From Candidatus Woesearchaeota archaeon (GTDB lineage Archaea; Nanobdellota; Nanobdellia; UBA10117), in NCBI GenBank assembly GCA_964354105.1, contig CAYGXM010000003.1:789-64788 (forward strand): a stretch of 64,000 bases of DNA, written 5' to 3'. The notes below the pieces were generated by a model. The model was not told the DNA's origin, did not search any database, and was given only the letters and a program-made list of their open reading frames with translations. Shown piece after piece: positions 45,511 through 55,500 of the stretch. How positions within the stretch are numbered: position 1 is the first letter of the stretch; the number at the start of each line of letters is the position of its first letter. The translations under genes and the position numbers were made by a program.

Positions 45511-45891
45511 TTATATTTTTCTTTCTTCACCTAATTTGTGTACTATTGTCCAATCATATTTGTTTGCAATTTCTTGCACTTGTTCTTCAAGATCTTTAGG
45601 CATATCTTCACACAGAATTTTTTTAGTTATGACATTTAACTTTAGCTTATGACCCTCAAGAGTCCCATAAATTTCTCTTGGCGTTATGGTTAGGTCTACT
45701 GAACCATCCTTTGCTAATTTATCAAGAGCAGTAAAATTCACCAAGAACAATTCCGGGTTTTTTAATTGAACGCCATTATTAACGAGTTCATAATTATCGC
45801 TTTCATCACTTGTGAAAGCATCACCCAAACAAGTAACATCTAATCTTAAATATCTTATTATTTCAATTGCGCTTTCGTATGGTTGTACCAT
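45511..45891 (-). CDS. hypothetical protein (126 aa)
   Basis: ATG-started ORF whose stop abuts the rpl37e stop. No motif recognised. Confidence 0.5.
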   Translation of the reverse strand: MVQPYESAIEIIRYLRLDVTCLGDAFTSDESDNYELVNNGVQLKNPELFLVNFTALDKLAKDGSVDLTITPREIYGTLEGHKLKLNVITKKILCEDMPKDLEEQVQEIANKYDWTIVHKLGEERKI

Positions 45892-45935
45892 ATCTGGAGA
45901 TTGAAAGCATAGTTATTTAACTTTTGCCTGAGCGA

Positions 45936-45948
45936 CATCTTTTTAATG
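45936..45948 (+). promoter_or_regulatory. TATA-like box for tRNA-Lys(UUU)
   Basis: CATCTTTTTAATG, with its core centred 27.5 nt upstream of the tRNA 5' end at 45971. Confidence 0.5.
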
Positions 45949-45970
45949 CGATTTTTAATCTGTTTTATGT

Positions 45971-46045
45971 GGGCCCGTAGCTCAGCCAGGTCAGAGCATT
46001 GGCCTTTTAAGCCAGTGGTCGCGGGTTCAAATCCCGTCGGGCCCG
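45971..46045 (+). tRNA. tRNA-Lys (anticodon TTT), no intron
   Basis: Acceptor GGGCCCG/CGGGCCC, anticodon arm TTGGC-CTTTTAA-GCCAG, variable TGGTC, T arm GCGGG-TTCAAAT-CCCGT, discriminator G. Confidence 0.9.
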
Positions 46046-46050
46046 CTCCC

Positions 46051-46401
46051 ATGAAATTATGTGAAATCCTGCCGGAAACAAAAGAATTAGAACGGTTTTT
46101 CAAAGAAAGCGATTTAGGTGGCTTTGGCGGCGAACTCCCATTACTTTTAGCAGACATAATCGTTGGCGTAAGAACTGGTGTTTATTCTTTAGGCGATGAG
46201 ATTAGTCTGCTGCAACAATCAAAATTGGCTAAAATGGGGCTTACCGCAGAACAGGCTAGAGACTATATGTCTGATACTAGTTTTCCAGAATATGTTGTGA
46301 AAGTATGTCAAAAAATGTATCCTTCAGATGTTCATGCGCCAGCTTTTATTCAAATTGCGCTAAATGATTTTGTAAAAGACAAGAAGTGTATTCTGAAGTA
46401 G
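46051..46401 (+). CDS. hypothetical protein (116 aa)
   Basis: The ORF track starts at 45946, inside the tRNA. The internal ATG 46051 (MKLCEILPETKELERFF...) lies 5 nt after the tRNA 3' end. Confidence 0.45.
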   Translation: MKLCEILPETKELERFFKESDLGGFGGELPLLLADIIVGVRTGVYSLGDEISLLQQSKLAKMGLTAEQARDYMSDTSFPEYVVKVCQKMYPSDVHAPAFIQIALNDFVKDKKCILK

Positions 46402-46444
46402 AGAATTCTTTTTAAACTTAAATTATATCACACAAGAGTTGTAC

Positions 46445-47857
46445 ATGGCTGGCCTATTCGGAGTAGCTGATAAAACTGACTGTTCGAAAGAGCTTTTCTA
46501 TGGCACAGATTATCATTCACATTTGTCTGCAGATTGGGCAGGTGTCGCTTTGTATACGGGCCCGGCAGAGAAGATTTTCAAAAAAAGCCATCAACTTCAA
46601 AATGTGCCATTTAAAATAGAATTTGACAACATCAAGGATAAGACTGGAAAATATGGCATTGGCGCATTATCCAATGAAAGACAGCCGCTTGGCAAGACAT
46701 CTAAGCTAGGGGATTTTGCAATAGCTACAAATTCTACAATTTTTAATCTCGAAGACATTCTAAAAGGAATTTTTGATAAAGGCGGCTCACTTTCAGAAGC
46801 AACTGCAGGGCAGATAAATAATACTGAGGTTATAGCACAATTAATTTGCCAGAAGGATAACATTCCAGACGGAATCGAATATGCGATGAACAACATTGAC
46901 GGCTTTTGTTCTGTGCTTTTGATGAATGAACAAGGCATTTACGCCGCAAGGGATAAGCGTGGCATAGACTCTCTAGTTTTAGGCAAGCGAGATGGCGCAA
47001 TTGCTGTAACTTCAGAAACATCAGCCTTTGCGAACTTAGGATTTAAAACTGAAAAATATCTTGCTCCTGGCGAAATTGTAATATTTAATGAAGATAGCCA
47101 CGGTACAATAAAAATCATAGATGATTCAAAGCTGAAACTTTGCATATTCTACTTTACTTATTTTAGCGATCCTGGAGCAATGCACGAAGAAGTTAATGTT
47201 GAGTATACTAGAAATAATTGCGGCGCAGCTTTAGCGGATAAAGATATTGAACGCGGCATAAAAGCAGATTTAGTCTGCCCCGTTGCAGATTCAGGAACTG
47301 GCCACGCAATCGGTTACGCAAATAAATCAGGCATCCCTTTTGGAAGAGCTTTGACAAAATTTACTGCTGGCTGGAGTAGAAGTTATATGCCTCCAAACCA
47401 AAAAACTAGGGACGAAATAGCATATTTTAAACAAATCCCAAATGTAACTTTTATTAAAGACAAAAAAATTGTAATAGTTGACGATTCAATCAGGCGCGGC
47501 ACTCAATTAAGGAATTTACTTAAGCAAAAGCTTTGGCCCCTTGAGCCTGCAGAAATTCACGTCAGGATTGCCTCTCCACCCCAGCTTTATCCTTGCATAA
47601 GAGATCCTAAGGATGCCAGCAGGCTTGCTGCAAGACGCGCCATAAGAGCTGTAGAGAACACGGAAAACCTCGATGGTTTTGATTTTAGTGAATATTTGGT
47701 GTACGATTCAGAAAAATACAATAAAATGGTAGATCTTATGGCTAAAGAGCTTACCGCAACGACTTTAGATTTCATATCATTAGAGAATGCGGTAAAAGCT
47801 ACTGGCTTGCCGAAAGAAAGCTTTGATTTGTATTGTTGGGATGGCAAGAAGTTTTAA
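46445..47857 (+). CDS. amidophosphoribosyltransferase (PurF)-like protein lacking the N-terminal catalytic Cys
   Basis: The type I PRTase motif KIVIVDDSIRRGTQL is present, with PurF-like overall length and order. The N-terminus is MAGLFGV instead of MCGI(V/F)G, and the ORF-track start 46439 is TTG. Confidence 0.65.
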   Translation: MAGLFGVADKTDCSKELFYGTDYHSHLSADWAGVALYTGPAEKIFKKSHQLQNVPFKIEFDNIKDKTGKYGIGALSNERQPLGKTSKLGDFAIATNSTIFNLEDILKGIFDKGGSLSEATAGQINNTEVIAQLICQKDNIPDGIEYAMNNIDGFCSVLLMNEQGIYAARDKRGIDSLVLGKRDGAIAVTSETSAFANLGFKTEKYLAPGEIVIFNEDSHGTIKIIDDSKLKLCIFYFTYFSDPGAMHEEVNVEYTRNNCGAALADKDIERGIKADLVCPVADSGTGHAIGYANKSGIPFGRALTKFTAGWSRSYMPPNQKTRDEIAYFKQIPNVTFIKDKKIVIVDDSIRRGTQLRNLLKQKLWPLEPAEIHVRIASPPQLYPCIRDPKDASRLAARRAIRAVENTENLDGFDFSEYLVYDSEKYNKMVDLMAKELTATTLDFISLENAVKATGLPKESFDLYCWDGKKF

Positions 47858-47881
47858 AAACAGCCTTTTGTTTTGTTGATT

Positions 47882-49381
47882 ATGGTCGATTCAGACAGGC
47901 TGGAGAAGCTTAACCAGATTAAAAAATTGGGGATAAATCCTTACCCAGGCAAAGCTTTCGAGCGAACACACACTACAAATCAAATTCGTGCAGATTTTGC
48001 TAAGTTAGAAGGCAAGAAAGTTGCGATAGCCGGCCGTTTGATGTCTATAAGAGAACATGGCAAGCTAACTTTCGGGGATTTGGAAGATTTTTCCGGCAAA
48101 GTCCAGCTCTGGCTGTCTGAAGATTCTCTAGGTAAGTCTTATGATTTGCTGAGATTGATAGAACGCGGAGATTTTCTCGGCATTAATGGAATTGTAGCAA
48201 AAACTAAACGCGGCGAGGTTTCGGTTAAGGTGGATAAATTTATAATTTTGTCAAAAGCCCTTAGGCACTTGCCAGTAGAATGGTTTGGCTTGAAAAATGT
48301 CGAAGAGCGTTATCGGCAGAGGTATGTTGATCTGATTCTAAATAAAAATGTCCGGGAAATTTTCCTCAAAAGAACACAAATTTTAAGAGAAATTAGAAAT
48401 TTCCTGGATGAGCGGGGCTTTATCGAAGTTGAAACTCCTGTAATCCAATCAGTTTACGGCGGAGCAGCTGCAAAACCATTCAAAACATACATAAATGATT
48501 TGAAAATGGATGCTTTCTTGAGGATTTCAGATGAATTGCACCTGAAAAGACTGATTGTCGGCGGATTTGAAAAAGTCTATGAGGTTTCAAAGGACTTCAG
48601 AAATGAATCCATAGACACGCAGCATAATCCTGAATTCACACAAATAGAATTTTATGAGGCTTATGCGGATTACAACAAATTGATGAAAATGACTGAAGAA
48701 ATGCTGACAAGAGTTATCAAGAAAGTTAATGGAAGCTTGAAAGTAAAATACGGCGATATAGAATTGGACTTTACACCTCCTCTGCCAAGAGTAAAATTCA
48801 GAGATATTGTTTTGAAAGAGACAGGAATAGATTTGGATAAGCAAAATACTGAAGAAAAACTGAAGAAGGCTATCAAAGACAAAAAACTAAACTTAGACAT
48901 GAAGGGCGTCATAGGTTTTGGAGCATTGGCAGACAAGCTTTACAAAGAATATATCCGGGTGAAGTTGATTCAGCCGGCTTTCCTGATAGATTACCCTACT
49001 GAGATGATTCCACTGGCAAAAAGAAAAGATGACGACCCAACAAAAATCGCCACAGTACAACTGCTGGCAAATGGTTCCGAGATTCTGAAAGCTTACAATG
49101 AGCTGAATGACCCCCTAGACCAAAAAGCAAGGTTTGAAGAGCAAGCTGAGCTGGGGGAGAAGGGCTTTGAAGAAGCTCATATGCTTGATGAAGATTTTGT
49201 AAGAGCTTTGGAATGCGGAATGCCCCCAACTGCTGGCTGGGGCATGGGTATTGAACGACTAGCTATGTTGCTTACAAACAACCAATCCATGAAAGAAGTA
49301 ATTTTGTTCCCGTTCATGGCGCTTAGCGAAGAAGAAAAACACAAGCACAAGAAAATTACAAAGGCAAAGAAGGGAAAGTAA
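47882..49381 (+). CDS. lysS: lysyl-tRNA synthetase, class II
   Basis: There is an OB-fold N-domain. The class II LysRS signature is VEERYRQRYVDLI. Motif 2 is VYEVSKDFRNES, and motif 3 is GMGIERLAMLLT. The ORF-track start 47873 is TTG; ATG is at 47882. Confidence 0.88.
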   Translation: MVDSDRLEKLNQIKKLGINPYPGKAFERTHTTNQIRADFAKLEGKKVAIAGRLMSIREHGKLTFGDLEDFSGKVQLWLSEDSLGKSYDLLRLIERGDFLGINGIVAKTKRGEVSVKVDKFIILSKALRHLPVEWFGLKNVEERYRQRYVDLILNKNVREIFLKRTQILREIRNFLDERGFIEVETPVIQSVYGGAAAKPFKTYINDLKMDAFLRISDELHLKRLIVGGFEKVYEVSKDFRNESIDTQHNPEFTQIEFYEAYADYNKLMKMTEEMLTRVIKKVNGSLKVKYGDIELDFTPPLPRVKFRDIVLKETGIDLDKQNTEEKLKKAIKDKKLNLDMKGVIGFGALADKLYKEYIRVKLIQPAFLIDYPTEMIPLAKRKDDDPTKIATVQLLANGSEILKAYNELNDPLDQKARFEEQAELGEKGFEEAHMLDEDFVRALECGMPPTAGWGMGIERLAMLLTNNQSMKEVILFPFMALSEEEKHKHKKITKAKKGK

Positions 49382-49941
49382 TGAAGCTTCTAAACCTAAC
49401 TTTGCTTGTTTTGCCAACAGTTTATGCGCCTAGAGAAGACAGTTTTTTGCTGATTAAAGCATTAAAAGTAAAACCTAAAGAGAAAATCCTTGAGATTGGC
49501 ACAGGCTCAGGTATTATTGCCATACATTGCGCCAAAGCAGGAGCAGATGTCGCAGCTACGGACATAAACGCGCATGCTGTAAATTCTGCAAAATTCAATG
49601 CAGAAATGAATAAAGTTAGGCTGAAAGTGTTAATGTCTGATTTGTTTTCAAATGTTAAAGGCAAGTTTGACAAGATAATTTTCAATCCGCCATATCTTCC
49701 GTCAGATAAAAAAGATAGATTCTATGATATTTCTTATAGCGGAGGTAAGTCCGGCATTGAAATTACAAATAAGTTCCTAAAGCAAGCTCCAAAATTCCTA
49801 AAGAAAGGCGGAGAAGTTTACTTTATACTTTCATCCTTGGCAACAGGAAAGATAGTCCTGCCATACAACATAACAGAAAAGAAAAAAATGGGAAAAGAAA
49901 CTATTTTTGTCTGCACAAGCACGAGAAAGGTTAAAAGCTAA
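49381..49941 (+). CDS. HemK/Mtq2-family SAM-dependent (N5-glutamine-type) methyltransferase
   Basis: The SAM motif is ILEIGTGSGIIAI and the catalytic motif is NPPY (IIFNPPYLP). The length of 186 aa is typical of the archaeal Mtq2-like family. The ATG overlaps the lysS stop. Confidence 0.7.
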   Translation: MKLLNLTLLVLPTVYAPREDSFLLIKALKVKPKEKILEIGTGSGIIAIHCAKAGADVAATDINAHAVNSAKFNAEMNKVRLKVLMSDLFSNVKGKFDKIIFNPPYLPSDKKDRFYDISYSGGKSGIEITNKFLKQAPKFLKKGGEVYFILSSLATGKIVLPYNITEKKKMGKETIFVCTSTRKVKS

Positions 49942-49972
49942 AAGTAGAAGAAAAAAAGAAAGTTAAATAAAA

Positions 49973-50209
49973 TTATTTAAAGTTTATGCGATAGTCTTTG
50001 CCATTAATGCTTGTTAGTTGGCTGCTCAATTTGTAATCTAAGTCACCACTCGAAATGGACTCCACACTTAAACTTTGGTCTAACAGCGCAGATCCTAATG
50101 GACGATGGTCGTCAGGATCGAGAACAGTCACTTCGTTTCTTTCGCGGATTACACCGTTTCGATCTATCGCACTAACTTTCGCTTCTAAATATTCATAATC
50201 TTGTACCAT
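49973..50209 (-). CDS. hypothetical protein (78 aa)
   Basis: ATG-started ORF. No motif recognised. Confidence 0.4.
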   Translation of the reverse strand: MVQDYEYLEAKVSAIDRNGVIRERNEVTVLDPDDHRPLGSALLDQSLSVESISSGDLDYKLSSQLTSINGKDYRINFK

Positions 50210-50345
50210 TTTTTCACTTCTAATAGCATTAACCTATTTACCCCATAAATATCGTTCGGCTTAACGTTAATGAATAATATTAATTAATTATATAATTATT
50301 TATATAGACCAATAAGTTTATATATTAATTATAAGCCACATCATC

Positions 50346-51128
50346 ATGACGGGGGAGTTAGTGCAAATAACGTTTATCGGTGACCACGACACACATGTAG
50401 AACGATATAAATATCTTTTCAGAAAATTCATACCGCATAAGGTTTATTTTATCCATTATTCCGAAGGCACTGCGGAAAGTTCTGAAAGAACAGCCGCCAA
50501 GAATTTAGAGAAAGAGCTTAGGGCTGAATTGCCTAGATGGGCTAATCAACAGTCTGTAAGTTTGTCCCTGCCGCTTTTTGATTATAAAACGAGTTTTCCG
50601 CAGCTCCTTAAAATTATGTTGAATGAAAAAAAGAACGGAAATGAGGTTATAATAAATTTGCATGATATTCCGCATTCTTTGATCCCATTTGCAACTACTG
50701 CTGCAACGCTAACTGGCACAAAAATATATTTTGTAAAGGCAAAAGAGTATAAGCATTTTAGGGGAAAAATCGCAAATAAGGAGCATGTTTTTTGTGTGCC
50801 TATCGGCGCAGTCGGTTTAGAGGAAATTAAATTTCCATTATTACCCCGACTGCCAGAGCACCCAGAAAGTGATGTTTTACGATTTATATTTAAAAATAAG
50901 GGGAAAATAGAGGGAAAGTTAGTTACTTTCGCACAAAGAATTGGGCTTGAGAATTTAGGAAAAATAAAGGAGAAAAGTAGTGGTGCTGTAAAATTGTCGA
51001 AAATAATAGCATCGTTAAGAGAAAAAGGATTTGTAGAAACTCATAGAATTAGTCGAAAGGCGTTTGAGGTTTTACTTACATCTGAAGGTCATTTTATATC
51101 TGAAGTTTTGAATATTTTGGAATATTAA
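50346..51128 (+). CDS. predicted regulator: Rossmann/CARF-like N-domain plus C-terminal wHTH (Csa3/HFX_2341-like architecture)
   Basis: The N-terminus VQITFIGDHDTHVERYKYLFRKFIPHKVYFIHYSEG resembles the first strand-loop of CARF-like domains. The C-terminus LSKIIASLREKGFVETHRISRKAFEVLLTSEG looks like a wHTH. The assignment was made by eye only. Confidence 0.4.
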   Translation: MTGELVQITFIGDHDTHVERYKYLFRKFIPHKVYFIHYSEGTAESSERTAAKNLEKELRAELPRWANQQSVSLSLPLFDYKTSFPQLLKIMLNEKKNGNEVIINLHDIPHSLIPFATTAATLTGTKIYFVKAKEYKHFRGKIANKEHVFCVPIGAVGLEEIKFPLLPRLPEHPESDVLRFIFKNKGKIEGKLVTFAQRIGLENLGKIKEKSSGAVKLSKIIASLREKGFVETHRISRKAFEVLLTSEGHFISEVLNILEY

Positions 51129-51129
51129 T

Positions 51130-52443
51130 TTAAGGCGTAAGCCTTTCTGTATCCCTCGGGAAGAGTACTGCTTCGCGGATGTTTTCCAGATTTAGAATAT
51201 TTTTTACCAAGCGGTCTATTCCAAGGCCAAAACCACCGTGTGGAGGACAGCCGTATTTGAAAGCACTCAAATAGAATTCAAAGTCTTTGGGCTTCAAACC
51301 TTTTTCTTTCATTTGCTGCACTATAACATCATATCTGTGCTCTCTTTGTCCGCCTGATGCCATTTCTTCGCCTTTGTATTCAAAATCAAATCCTTTGCTT
51401 GCTTTTTTGCCATCTTTCATTATATAAAATGGCTTGATATCGTATGGATATTTCGTAATGAAATAGGCATCAGTTTTGTATTTCGCCCTTACAATCTCAC
51501 CAAGCTTTCTCTCGTCATCTGTGCCAATATCTTCGCCTGCTTTTATCTTAACTCCGGATTTTTTCAATAATTCAACCGCTTCTTCATATGTTATTCTCGG
51601 AAATGGAAGTTTTGGAACCTCAATGGTAATATTAAGCAAATCTAAGTCTGCTTTGTTTTTTTCTTTAAGATTTTTTAGAACATCCACAAAACAGTTTTCC
51701 AGGACTTTCAAAACATCATCTTCATCTTCAATCCAGGCCATTTCAAAATCAAAATGTGTAAATTCTGCAAGATGTCTTGTGGTATGTGAGACTTCTGCCC
51801 TGAAAGTAGGTGCGATTTCAAACACTTTATCAAGTCCTGTTGCAAGAAGCATCTGTTTGTATAACTGCTGAGATTGGCTAAGGTATGCTTTCTTGCCATA
51901 ATAAGAAACAGGGAATAAAGTTGCTCCACCTTCTGCTCCAGCTCCAACTATTTTAGGGCTTTGCATTTCGATAGAGCCATTTTTAATCAGAAATTCGCGA
52001 ATGTAGTGATTTATTGCTGACCTTAGCTTAAAAATAGCCAGATGTTTTGGATTTCTCAAATCCAAAACTCTCCAATCCAATCTTTTGGATAAATCAGTAG
52101 TTATTTTTCCAGTCATATCAATTGGCAAATGTGAGTCTGCTGCAGAAAGAACCTCAAAATCTTCTAACTGCAGCTCTTTCCCGCCAGCTTTAGCTTTGGA
52201 TGGCTTGACTTTTCCCCTAACTACTATAACCGACTCTAAAGATAATTTGGATAAATTCTTGAAGCCCTTAAAGTCTTCAGTTGCAACAAGCTGCAGAATG
52301 CCTGTTCTATCCCGGAGCTTGAGAAAAGCTAATTTACCTAACAGCTTAACATCAGCAACCCAGCCAGCTACAACAACTTCAGAGCCGTCCTTCTTGTGCT
52401 GGACTGCTGAATTGTAAATTCTGCTGTGGAGTGGAATAGCCAT
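51130..52443 (-). CDS. aspS: aspartyl-tRNA synthetase, archaeal type
   Basis: It carries class IIb motifs: LSQSQQLYKQ, VFEIAPTFRAEVSHTTRHLAEF, GGQREHRYD and GGFGLGIDRLV...LFPRDTERLTP. At 437 aa it closely resembles the archaeal AspRS pattern. Confidence 0.8.
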   Translation of the reverse strand: MAIPLHSRIYNSAVQHKKDGSEVVVAGWVADVKLLGKLAFLKLRDRTGILQLVATEDFKGFKNLSKLSLESVIVVRGKVKPSKAKAGGKELQLEDFEVLSAADSHLPIDMTGKITTDLSKRLDWRVLDLRNPKHLAIFKLRSAINHYIREFLIKNGSIEMQSPKIVGAGAEGGATLFPVSYYGKKAYLSQSQQLYKQMLLATGLDKVFEIAPTFRAEVSHTTRHLAEFTHFDFEMAWIEDEDDVLKVLENCFVDVLKNLKEKNKADLDLLNITIEVPKLPFPRITYEEAVELLKKSGVKIKAGEDIGTDDERKLGEIVRAKYKTDAYFITKYPYDIKPFYIMKDGKKASKGFDFEYKGEEMASGGQREHRYDVIVQQMKEKGLKPKDFEFYLSAFKYGCPPHGGFGLGIDRLVKNILNLENIREAVLFPRDTERLTP

Positions 52444-52481
52444 ATATTAGTTCAGAAAAGGGTATTTATTAAGTTTACTCG

Positions 52482-52566
52482 CAATGTTTGGCTTGCGCAA
52501 AGCTACTGTTATTATGACAATATCGGCGCAAGCCCCCTATTCTAAGATGGGGGTTCCCAAACATTG
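52482..52566. other. structured intergenic element (nested inverted repeats)
   Basis: CAATGTTTGG (52482-52491) pairs with CCAAACATTG (52557-52566). GGCTTGCGC (52490-52498) pairs with GCGCAAGCC (52526-52534). CCCCC (52533-52537) pairs with GGGGG (52549-52553). It lies between the protease stop and the aspS start. Confidence 0.35.
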
Positions 52567-52577
52567 TGACCCAATTG

Positions 52578-55500
52578 CTAATCTTCGTCAATTAACTCCC
52601 AGCCCTTTTTTCGCTTCCTTGCCTTGGTAAACTGATTAATGGCAACCCAAGTAATCACAGCAGTCACTATTAATATTGAGATCAGGAATACTTTATTGCG
52701 CTCCATTGCAGGCTGCGCCTCAGGAGCTGCCCTAGCTGATGGTGCTGCCAAATTAGCCTCTGCAGTCTCATTGGCTGTTTCAGCTTCTGCAACAGGTGCA
52801 ATGGTCTCGGCCAGTAGTTTTAGCCTCAGTTTTACTGAATTTCCAATTAATGATAATAATGTCAGCTCCAGGTCATTTTGCCCGTTATCATTTACATCAA
52901 CAGCTTTTGTTTCGCCAACTTTCAGCAAAACTTTGATAGGGCTTGAAGTGATTGTAAGCTCTGCAGAATCGCCAATTACGCCCGATAGCTTAATTGTGTG
53001 AGTTTCACTATCAGTGTTGTATGCAATTGAGCCGCCGCCAACTGAAAGCTCGATAACTTTAGATTCCCCAGGAGAGATGTCATATGTTTCTATAATAGTT
53101 GTGCCATCTCCACCCCCTCCACCACCATTATTGCTTGAAGACGCCTTCTTTACGCTAAAGGTTAGATAATATGAACTTGTCATGGTGTTGCCGCTGGAAT
53201 CATTGCATCTGAAATAGTAATCATAAGTGTGTTCATCTTGCAGGCCTGTAACAGCTACAGTATGTGTTATAGAATTTGTAGTATCCATAGCATCCATGCT
53301 TGCATAACTTTCATCAGATGTGCTGTATCTGCAAATTGCCTGCTCGTCTGTTGTTATAGTGATTGTTGTTGATGTTGTTCCAGAAGAAAGCTGCGTGCCA
53401 TTTGCAGGCGTACTGCCTGTTATGTAAGGCATATCTGTTACATAAAACATAACATCATCTGCATCAGCATAAGCACCGCTGCCGCAAGTCTCGCTTATGT
53501 CATCTCCTATCAGCAAATTTTGCATTGTTCCTCTGATGCTGTGGTTTCCCTCTTTGTTATCAAGTGTAAATGTAGCTGAAAAATTCTGGAAAACTCCACC
53601 AACAGTGCAATTGCCGCCCGAAATAATTCTCCAGTTTAATTCGTCAGGGTCTGAGGAATTTGAATAAATTATTTTCATATAATCAGTTATTATGGCGCCA
53701 AGTATGACCCCATCATAGCAATAACCCCATATGTTAACAGTTACATTGGAGCCTGGCTTGAATTTGCCGATATCCGATGTTACTGTAATGTTTTCCAGCG
53801 ATTCATCATGCAAATAGCCACCTGTTTCCTGTCCAGTACCATCAAGACAGGCATCTATTGTATTCGGCTGGTTTGGCTCAACTGTTCCGGCAATGGAATC
53901 TCTCGATTTAATTAAATTAGAACTTGCAATGCAAGGTGAAGTGGTGCAATAAATCGCCGCGTCTGTTATGCTGAAAGATTTAGTCAAAGTTTTTGTCATT
54001 GAGCTGTCAATGACCTCAAGCTTCAAATCATAATTTCCTCTTGTCAGGCCTGTTGTATTGAGAGTTGCTAACTTGCTGTTAGAAACAACAGTTGTCTCGT
54101 TTCCCATTAAAGTCCACGTGCTTCCGCTTGATGGTTTTATTGAAACAGTGTAGTTTGTGAATGATGCACCTTCTGCATTATATGCAGTTCCATTGACATC
54201 ATATGAGCTGTCCCTTGCTATTATTGCATCTGCTAGTGGAGTTGTTATCTGTGCTATTGTTTCTGTTGTAAAGCCCGCACAGTAATTGCTGAAGATGCCG
54301 TGATTATTTGCAAACGCATCACAGATTTCTGAGATTTCCGGTGTTCCATCAGTTAGATTTGTGTTATTGTCGTTTAATGATATTATAGCATCTAAAAATG
54401 CAGTGAGATTTTGTGTTTCCGCCTTGATGCCTCTCATTACAAGAGTGTCTGTAAATGTTGCATTAGTATAACCGCGCAAATCCCACATCGCTCCGCTAAA
54501 GATTCTGCTATCATCGTGGCATTCATTTACCCAGCTATCAGGATAAATGTAAGTATTGTTCAGCTGCCTCAAACAATCCTGGCCCGCAAACTCTTCAGCA
54601 GCACAGGAATTATTGTTTATTGTAGCCGCAAAATAGTCCGCAAAGCCTTCATGCATCGCGCTGCTTTCCGCAGTGGCGACATCGCAATTATACGCCAAAT
54701 CGTAAATATGGTCTACAACACCGTGTGTATATTCGTGATAAATAACATCAGACATCAATGCAAGATTGCCGCAAGTGCTTGAATTTCCAAAACGAGTGCT
54801 GTTATCAGTCATACTGTAAAATGCATTGCAGTAATTATTGTCATATTCAACAGTTGCAATCATTTGATAATTCATTGCGGTTATGTTGAACGGATCTCCT
54901 GCCGTGAAGAAATCATGAACTTTGTTTATGTGATAAAAGACATTTGATTCTTCATAATCTGCTGAAGTATCATTATCCTGCCAATTCCAGGAGTGTTCAG
55001 TCGGCGATGTTACATCAACAACATGATTTGCAGGAGCCTGGTCAGCATTTACGACTTTAACATAAGGGCCTGCCAGCGATGAATTGACAGTAACAGTCCC
55101 GCTTATGCTGACATTGTAAAATCCTGTGGCGTTTGTAGTTGTCTCCAAAGAAATAGTCCCATTGTTAAAAGTTATGTTCAAATTCTTGAGCTGCATGCTG
55201 ACTTTTACATCAGACGGCTTTTCAGGTGTAATTAGGCCGCTTACATTTCCATAAACATCATCATAGATAATATTGCTTAACTCATATAAGACTCCGCCTT
55301 TTACAGCATCTACAAAAATAGTTTTTTCAGGATAAACCACTTCATAAGCCAGATAATAATACCTGCCATGCGGCAAGATAACTAATGAAGCCTGCAGCTC
55401 AGTATTATCTTTAACTTGCATGCCGGCGATCTTTTTAGCGGATTTTTCCATTACAAGAGGCTTCGTATTGACATTAATGTCTTTGTAGAAATTATCATTC

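Noticed and set aside
45858-46157. Minus-strand 99-aa ORF and the 5' part (45946-46050) of the plus-strand 151-aa ORF
   Set aside because: Both read through tRNA-Lys(UUU) (45971-46045). Their peptide segments (for example VAGSNPVGPAP) are just translated tRNA sequence. The plus-strand gene was trimmed to ATG 46051.
53100-53135. G/C homopolymer-rich run (ccaccccctccaccacc)
   Set aside because: It encodes the Gly run NNGGGGGDG in a linker of the metalloprotease. There is no sign of a frameshift or phase-variation tract interrupting the ORF.
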